NCBI GenBank assembly: GCA_045132235.1
Contig: JBGURX010000052.1
Location: 17,514-81,513 of the forward strand
Length of the DNA: 64,000 bases
Source of the DNA: Bacteroidales bacterium
GTDB lineage: Bacteria; Bacteroidota; Bacteroidia; Bacteroidales; WCHB1-69
Direction of reading: 5' to 3'
This document shows positions 58,904 to 64,000 of the stretch, piece by piece. The notes beneath the pieces are model-generated. The model was not told where the DNA came from, ran no database searches, and saw only the letters and a program-made list of their open reading frames with translations. Every line of letters begins with the position of its first letter. Positions within the stretch are counted from its first letter, which is position 1. Made by a program: the position numbers and the translations under genes.

Positions 58904-58934
58904 AATATGTTAAGGTGGTTTTGTCCTTCACCTT

Positions 58935-60008
58935 TTATTCGTACTCCTTCACCTCGATGCTGCCGTCGAGGATCATGCGGGCGTTCATCGCCATGGAGGC
59001 CATTTCGTCCTCGCCGGGATATACGGCTACGGGGGCGATCCACTCCACGTGGCGCTTGATGTGTCCGACGATGGGCTTGCCGTAGGCGATGCCGCCGGTG
59101 AGCAGGATGGCGTCCACCTTGCCCTCGAGCACTGCGGCGTTGCCGGCAATCTGCTTGCCGATCTGGTAGGCCATGGCGCGCTCGATGAGGTCGGCGTACT
59201 TGTCGCCGGCGAGGGCGCGTTTCTCCACCTCGTAGGCGTCGTTGGTGCCGAGGTACGACACGAGGCCGCCCTTGCCCACGATCACCTTGCGCATCTCTTC
59301 GAAGGTGTATTTGCCGCTGTAGCAGGCCTTGATGACCTGGTCCATCGGGAGGGTTCCGGAGCGTTCGGGAGAGAACGGTCCTTCGCCTTCGAGGGCCTGG
59401 TTCACGTCCACGACGCGGCCTTTGCGGTGTGCGCCCACGCTGATGCCGCCGCCCATGTGGGCCACGATCAGGTTGAGCTCTTCATATTTCTTGCCGATGG
59501 ATTTGGCATAGATGCGGGCGATGGCCTTCTGGTTGAGGGCGTGGAAGATGGAGAGGCGCTCAAAATCCTTGTGCCCGGAAATACGGGCGATGTCGTCCAT
59601 CTCGTCCACGATGACGGGGTCGGCGATGTAGGCGGCTTCCAGACCGATCATCTTGGCCACGCTGTCGGCGATGAGACCGCCGAGGTTGCAGGCATGCACG
59701 CCGTTGTAGCCTTCCAAAAGGTGTTTCTTCATCAGGTCGTTGACGCGATATACGCCGGAGGTGAGCGGCTTGATGAGTCCGCCGCGGCCCATCACGATGG
59801 CGATTTCGTCAAGGCTGACATTCTGGTTCTTCAGTTCTTCCAGAACGAAATTCTTGCGGTAGTCGTACTGGTCGGCGAGGGCTGCGAACTTCGACAGCTC
59901 TTCGACGGAGTGCTTGATGTTGGTGGTGAAGATGTTCTTTTCGCCTTCGAAGACGGAAATTTTAGTGGAGGTTGCCCCTGGGTTGATGGCAAGAATTTTA
60001 TTTCTCAT
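58935..60008 (-). CDS. buk: Butyrate kinase
   Basis: 357 aa. Motifs: MRNKILAINPGATSTKISVFEGE, HACNLGG, IVAHMGGGISVGAH and LLTGGIAY. Confidence 0.9.
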   Translation of the reverse strand: MRNKILAINPGATSTKISVFEGEKNIFTTNIKHSVEELSKFAALADQYDYRKNFVLEELKNQNVSLDEIAIVMGRGGLIKPLTSGVYRVNDLMKKHLLEGYNGVHACNLGGLIADSVAKMIGLEAAYIADPVIVDEMDDIARISGHKDFERLSIFHALNQKAIARIYAKSIGKKYEELNLIVAHMGGGISVGAHRKGRVVDVNQALEGEGPFSPERSGTLPMDQVIKACYSGKYTFEEMRKVIVGKGGLVSYLGTNDAYEVEKRALAGDKYADLIERAMAYQIGKQIAGNAAVLEGKVDAILLTGGIAYGKPIVGHIKRHVEWIAPVAVYPGEDEMASMAMNARMILDGSIEVKEYE

Positions 60009-60032
60009 TATTAAAAACAGGTTTAATGGTGA

Positions 60033-60434
60033 TTATTCGGTTGTGGAATAGGTGGGGATGATTTTGGCCTCGCTGTAGCCGGTGCCGGCGTTGGTGCACA
60101 CGTAGGCGCGCACGTAATACACGGTGTCGAGCATGGCACCGTTGTAGGTGATGTTGAAGGTCGTGCTCTTCCCGTCATGCTCCTCCATGGCGATGGTGGT
60201 CACACCGTCGGCCTTGTAGGTGGGTTCCGGGGTGAGGCTGAAGAGGAAGCCCACTTCGTTGAAATACTTGCAGCCGCCATTCTCGGTGATGGTGCCCTTG
60301 CAGTCCATGATGCAGGTGCCCGGGTAGGAGATGGGGGTGACAGAAGCCTCTACGGTGGCAGGCTCGAATTTCGTGCATCCCGAAGTCAGTGCGACCAGAA
60401 TGCCCACAAATAAGGTGATGAAATATTTTTTCAT
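60033..60434 (-). CDS. Small lipoprotein of unknown function (133 aa)
   Basis: ORF to 60539, trimmed to MKKYFITLFVGILVALTSGC (lipobox), supported by a -7 box 34 nt upstream. The body is beta-rich. Confidence 0.55.
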   Translation of the reverse strand: MKKYFITLFVGILVALTSGCTKFEPATVEASVTPISYPGTCIMDCKGTITENGGCKYFNEVGFLFSLTPEPTYKADGVTTIAMEEHDGKSTTFNITYNGAMLDTVYYVRAYVCTNAGTGYSEAKIIPTYSTTE

Positions 60435-60467
60435 AATGGTGATTTTTTGTTGTTTTCTTTGAAAGTG

Positions 60468-60475
60468 CAAAAGTA
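60468..60475 (-). promoter_or_regulatory. -7 promoter box (TACTTTTG on the minus strand) for the lipoprotein/buk unit
   Basis: The plus strand reads CAAAAGTA, 34 nt upstream of the ATG at 60434. Confidence 0.5.
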
Positions 60476-60557
60476 ATAATTTTTTTTGGAATCCAGCACG
60501 TTTTGGTGAATTAAAAAATGTTTTGCGGTTGCCCGGCAAATTATGTGTAGTTTTTTG

Positions 60558-60565
60558 TATCTTTG
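60558..60565 (+). promoter_or_regulatory. -7 promoter box TATCTTTG for ftsY
   Basis: Matches TAnnTTTG, 26 nt upstream of the ATG at 60591. Confidence 0.5.
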
Positions 60566-60590
60566 CACCGCAATTTCTAAAATAGCGGCT

Positions 60591-61550
60591 ATGGGCTTTT
60601 TTTCATTTTTTACCAAAGAAAAGAAAGAAGAACTGAATAAGGGACTGGAAAAGTCCAAGGAGAGCTTCCTTGCCAAACTGGCCAAGACGGTCGTCGGCAA
60701 GTCGAAGGTGGACGACGAGGTGCTTGATAACTTGGAGGAGGTGCTGGTGAGTTCGGATGTGGGCGTGGAGACCACCCTCACGATCATTGAACGCATCGAG
60801 GCGCGTGTGTCACGCGACAAATACTTGGGAACCGGACAGTTGCAGATGATTCTTCGGGAAGAAATCGCCGACCTTCTGATGGAAAACAACCAAGAGGACC
60901 AACCCGACTTCTCCATCCCCGCTGATCTGGGCCGTCCGTACATCATCATGGTTGTCGGGGTGAACGGTGCCGGCAAGACCACCACTATTGGCAAGTTGGC
61001 CTACCAGTTCAAGAAGAAAGGCTATTCGGTGATGCTCGGTGCCGCCGACACTTTCCGTGCCGCCGCCGTTGACCAGCTCGAGGTGTGGGCCGAACGCGCA
61101 GGCGTGCCCATCGTGGTGCAGCCCATGGGCGCCGATCCTGCCGCCGTTGCCTACGACACCGTCAAGTCGGCCATCGCCAAGAAGTGCGACGTGGTCATCA
61201 TCGACACCGCTGGCCGCCTCCACAACAAGTCCAACCTCATGCGCGAGCTCTCCAAAATCAAGAATGTGACGGGCAAACTGCTGCCCAACACGCCCGACGA
61301 GGTGCTGCTGGTGCTCGATGGCTCCACCGGTCAGAACGCCATCGAACAGGCCAAGCAGTTTACTGCCGCTACAGAGGTCAACGCATTGGCCATCACGAAG
61401 TTGGATGGAACTGCCAAGGGCGGTGTCGTCATCGGCATCTCCCACCAGTTCAAGATTCCTGTGAAATATATCGGTGTGGGTGAGAAAATCGACCAGCTGC
61501 AGGTGTTCAACCGCCGTGAGTTTGTGGATTCCTTCTTCCCGGAAGCCTAA
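60591..61550 (+). CDS. ftsY: Signal recognition particle-docking protein FtsY
   Basis: ORF from 60543, trimmed to MGFFSFFTKEKKEELNKGLEKSKESF. SRP-GTPase motifs: GVNGAGKTTTIGKLA, DTAGRL and TKLDGTAKGG. Confidence 0.9.
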   Translation: MGFFSFFTKEKKEELNKGLEKSKESFLAKLAKTVVGKSKVDDEVLDNLEEVLVSSDVGVETTLTIIERIEARVSRDKYLGTGQLQMILREEIADLLMENNQEDQPDFSIPADLGRPYIIMVVGVNGAGKTTTIGKLAYQFKKKGYSVMLGAADTFRAAAVDQLEVWAERAGVPIVVQPMGADPAAVAYDTVKSAIAKKCDVVIIDTAGRLHNKSNLMRELSKIKNVTGKLLPNTPDEVLLVLDGSTGQNAIEQAKQFTAATEVNALAITKLDGTAKGGVVIGISHQFKIPVKYIGVGEKIDQLQVFNRREFVDSFFPEA

Positions 61551-62165
61551 CTACTTGCCCCGCGTGCTGTGACAGTCGCAGGTGGAGGTGTACTGTATCT
61601 TGGTCTCCGGCAGCAGTTTCTCCATCGCCTCCAACTCTTCATCGCGTAATTCCACCTGACGGAGGTCTATCTCCTTCAGCATGTACCGCAGTGCACTGAT
61701 GCCCTCCGGCAGCACGTACAGCGGGTTGCTCCATGCATCAATGTACTCCAGCGCCTCCATGCCGCCGATATTCTCCGGCAGCGCGGCGATGATGTTGCGG
61801 TTGATAATCAGCTCTTTGAGGTGAGTGAGCCGGCAAATGCTTTCCGGCAATGCCACCAAGTGGTTGACCGATACGTCTAACCGTTGCAGCTGTGTGAGCT
61901 CGCCGATACGGACATTGAGCACATTCAACTTGCAACGCGACACCACCAACTCCTGCAAGTTCGTGAACTGGAACAGCTCGTCAGGCAGCGAGTCGGCTTT
62001 GATTTTCAGTTTCATGCGATACACCTCCTGCGGCGATTTTGCCGCCTCCTCTATCGAGGTGAACACGGGCTTTTTCTTCAGCTCGGATTCGCTCAGCAGC
62101 TGGCACTGTGCCCCTGTCATCCAGAACAAAAGCAGAAAAAAGAGAAAAACAGGACTGCGTCGCAT
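61551..62165 (-). CDS. Secreted leucine-rich repeat protein (204 aa)
   Basis: Has a signal peptide and about six LRR units (LPDELFQFTNLQELVVSRCKL, IGELTQLQRLDVSVNHLVALPESI, LTHLKELIINRNIIAALPENI, ...). Confidence 0.75.
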   Translation of the reverse strand: MRRSPVFLFFLLLFWMTGAQCQLLSESELKKKPVFTSIEEAAKSPQEVYRMKLKIKADSLPDELFQFTNLQELVVSRCKLNVLNVRIGELTQLQRLDVSVNHLVALPESICRLTHLKELIINRNIIAALPENIGGMEALEYIDAWSNPLYVLPEGISALRYMLKEIDLRQVELRDEELEAMEKLLPETKIQYTSTCDCHSTRGK

Positions 62166-62168
62166 GGT

Positions 62169-63647
62169 TTATTGATATTCTAATTTATTGATAAAGAATA
62201 CATAACGCTTTGCCTTGGCGGCCTTGTCGCGGTTGCGGAGATATTGGTAACCGCTCGCGATGAAGTTGTCGCCGTACCAGCGTTGGAGCTGTACGTCATT
62301 GCTGTATTCCACCACGTCGCGTTTGTTCATTGTCTCAATATTGATTGCAGAAAGTTTCTCCAATGTCTCGTATCCATTAATCAAAGTGTTGAAAATCTTG
62401 CTGTTGCGAACGTGGTAAATGAGCGCGTCTTCACCGATATAGTTGAGGCTGAGCACGGGCGAAAGGTGCATGAGACTGGTGGAGGTGAGTGGGAAATAGT
62501 GGTCCCACAGCAGCCGTCCTGCCGTGTCGAAAGTGGTGATGTAGGCATTCACAAACTGGTAGCCGGCGAACACGGTGGTGGGAGTGGGGGAGGAGTAGTA
62601 CATGTTGTCGTTATAATTGCTGTAGGTGTAAGTGTAGTCGGGATAGTAAACCTCTGACACGATGCTGTACTGGTTCTCAGTGTTGGCCGTGGCACCGATT
62701 TGCAGCTGCAGGTTGAGGTTGGCGGTCTGGGTATTGGCGGAGCTGCGGCTTTTGAGGGCGGTGAAGTTGTAGGTCTGCAGACTGTCGAACTGATGGTGGG
62801 TGAAAAGCATTGAATAGACACCGGAGTGCAGGCTGATGGACTGCCGGTCGGAGAGGGTGTTGTAGGTGCCGAGGAACAGTACGGTGTCGGCGTTGAGCGG
62901 GAAGGATCGGGCGGTCTGGCACAGTACGTTGGTGCCGTCGGGCAGCTGCTGCGGGAAGCGGATGAGGTTGCCTGCCCGGCTGTCCCAGCCGTACTCGTAG
63001 AGGAAGAGGTCATCCTGCACGCTGTTGGTGTGGTGCAGCCCGACCAGCCAGCGGCGGCCGGCGGTGTCGGCGGTGCAGCATTCCACCTTGTAGCTGAAGA
63101 TGTCGCTGAGACAGGTCAGCCGGTTGCCCGCCGGCTGGTAGAAATACACGAGGTCGCTCTTGGCTCCCGTGGCGAGCAGCAGCAGTTGTCCGTCGGCGGC
63201 GTACAGGCCCGACAGGTCGTTGGCCTCTATTCCGTCAATCTCCGTCACCTCGAAGGTTTTCTTTTCGAGGGTGATGGTAATGAAAAAGGTGCGCAGGGGC
63301 GACTTCTTGGGCTGCCGTTTCTGCATGAGCAGGTACAGCTTTCCGTTGCTGTATGCTGATGCGATGAAGTCGGTGAGCGGGGGAAGATAAACGGATGTGT
63401 TGCCGGTTTTTACGAAATTGGTGTCATAATGCAGGAAAATCCAGCGGTTGGTGTCCGCACTGATGCTGCCGGCATCATAGAAAACAAACAGTCCTGATGT
63501 GTCGGCCAGCGCCATGTTGTAGTCGTGCTGGTCCTTTGCGGCGGTGAACTCCACGCGCAGAGGCAAGTCCGACTGCGCCGACAGTTGTTCTGACAGCAAT
63601 GCCCAGCCGAGAAGCAGCAACAGGAAGGGGAGAAGTCGGCGTTTCAT
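62169..63647 (-). CDS. Secreted hypothetical protein (492 aa)
   Basis: Has a signal peptide (MKRRLLPFLLLLLGWALLSEQLSAQ) and a beta-rich body. I recognise no motif. Confidence 0.5.
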   Translation of the reverse strand: MKRRLLPFLLLLLGWALLSEQLSAQSDLPLRVEFTAAKDQHDYNMALADTSGLFVFYDAGSISADTNRWIFLHYDTNFVKTGNTSVYLPPLTDFIASAYSNGKLYLLMQKRQPKKSPLRTFFITITLEKKTFEVTEIDGIEANDLSGLYAADGQLLLLATGAKSDLVYFYQPAGNRLTCLSDIFSYKVECCTADTAGRRWLVGLHHTNSVQDDLFLYEYGWDSRAGNLIRFPQQLPDGTNVLCQTARSFPLNADTVLFLGTYNTLSDRQSISLHSGVYSMLFTHHQFDSLQTYNFTALKSRSSANTQTANLNLQLQIGATANTENQYSIVSEVYYPDYTYTYSNYNDNMYYSSPTPTTVFAGYQFVNAYITTFDTAGRLLWDHYFPLTSTSLMHLSPVLSLNYIGEDALIYHVRNSKIFNTLINGYETLEKLSAINIETMNKRDVVEYSNDVQLQRWYGDNFIASGYQYLRNRDKAAKAKRYVFFINKLEYQ

Positions 63648-63668
63648 GGCGGCAAAGGAAAAGGTCGG

Positions 63669-64000
63669 TTATCCGTTCACCAAGTGCGGACAATGCAGCA
63701 CGCACTGGTCGCAGATGGTCAGCTCGCCGTTGAGGCGTTTGCGGATCATCAAAATGTAACGTTCACGCAGTGAGTCGATTTTGATGTGGTTGGCAATTTC
63801 GTTGGCGAAGGCGAACATCAGCAGCATGCGAGCGTTTCGCTCGCAGATGCCGCGGGTGCGCAGGTAGAACATGGCCTCGTCGTCGAGCTGCCCTACGGTG
63901 GTGCCGTGGTTGCACTTCACATCGTCGGCATAAATCTCAAGGAAAGGCCGCGAGGTGACATGCGCTGTGTCGGTGAGGGTGATGTTGCGGTTGGTCTGGT
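63669..64000 (-). CDS. sufD: Fe-S cluster assembly protein SufD, C-terminal part (gene runs off the window end)
   Basis: The frame stays open to position 64000. Translation: ...RPFLEIYADDVKCNHGTTVGQLDDEAMFYLRTRGICERNARMLLMFAFANEI. This matches the conserved SufD core (LEI-x-ADDVKC-x-HGAT-x-G-x-LD...FYL-x-SRG). Confidence 0.8.
   Translation of the reverse strand, partial: QTNRNITLTDTAHVTSRPFLEIYADDVKCNHGTTVGQLDDEAMFYLRTRGICERNARMLLMFAFANEIANHIKIDSLRERYILMIRKRLNGELTICDQCVLHCPHLVNG

Noticed and set aside
1-64000. Scanned both strands for transposases, integrases, phage modules, restriction-modification, toxin-antitoxin pairs, CRISPR-cas, retrons and other defence hallmarks, and for rRNA
   Set aside because: I recognised none. 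The only methyltransferase is PrmC. The MORN/YwqK-like protein has no adjacent toxin. The single tRNA has no flanking direct repeats or integrase.

Overview
The window reads as an ordinary chromosomal segment of a Bacteroidota, probably Bacteroidales-like, organism. Three lines of evidence support that: the TAnnTTTG -7 promoter box recurs 13-50 nt upstream of most first-in-operon genes, T9SS genes and T9SS C-terminal sorting domains are present, and lipoprotein signal peptides are frequent. GC looks mid-50s percent by eye (not computed), with a few visibly AT-richer genes.

I call 48 protein-coding genes, 41 of them on the minus strand, and one tRNA-Val(CAC). I found no rRNA, CRISPR array, transposase, integrase, phage gene or recognisable defence gene.

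Gene content:
- The edge of the T9SS core operon (porP, and porK truncated at the window start).
- Three large type-B-CTD adhesin-like T9SS cargo genes and one type-A-CTD cargo gene.
- Scattered butyrate / lysine-fermentation genes: kamA, a CoA-transferase beta subunit, crt, hbd, buk and an ADP-forming acyl-CoA synthetase.
- Housekeeping genes: alaS, recJ, murB, mreB, ftsY, aroC, nadK, prmC and the 3' end of sufD.
- Efflux components: a TolC + adaptor pair, with the only RND pump 19 kb away.
- Two ABC-2 transporters and several envelope proteins.

I do not see a self-evident novel multi-gene system. The best leads, all moderate in interest, are:
1. An unassigned ~1160-aa predicted outer-membrane protein and a peptidoglycan-hydrolase gene pair abutting porP-porK.
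2. A lipoprotein whose vWA/MIDAS elements appear circularly permuted.
3. A phased 8-bp tandem repeat that fills the CoA-transferase/crotonase spacer.
4. A tail-to-tail pair of type-B cargo paralogs that share a C-terminal cassette but differ in synonymous-site composition, plus a recurring Cys-bracketed ~57-aa repeat.
5. A tight minus-strand gene string pairing an LptF/G-type permease with a non-LptB ATPase.

The many long antisense ORFs in the ORF track are rejected as codon-bias shadows. All functional calls rest on motif recognition by eye; no database search was possible.
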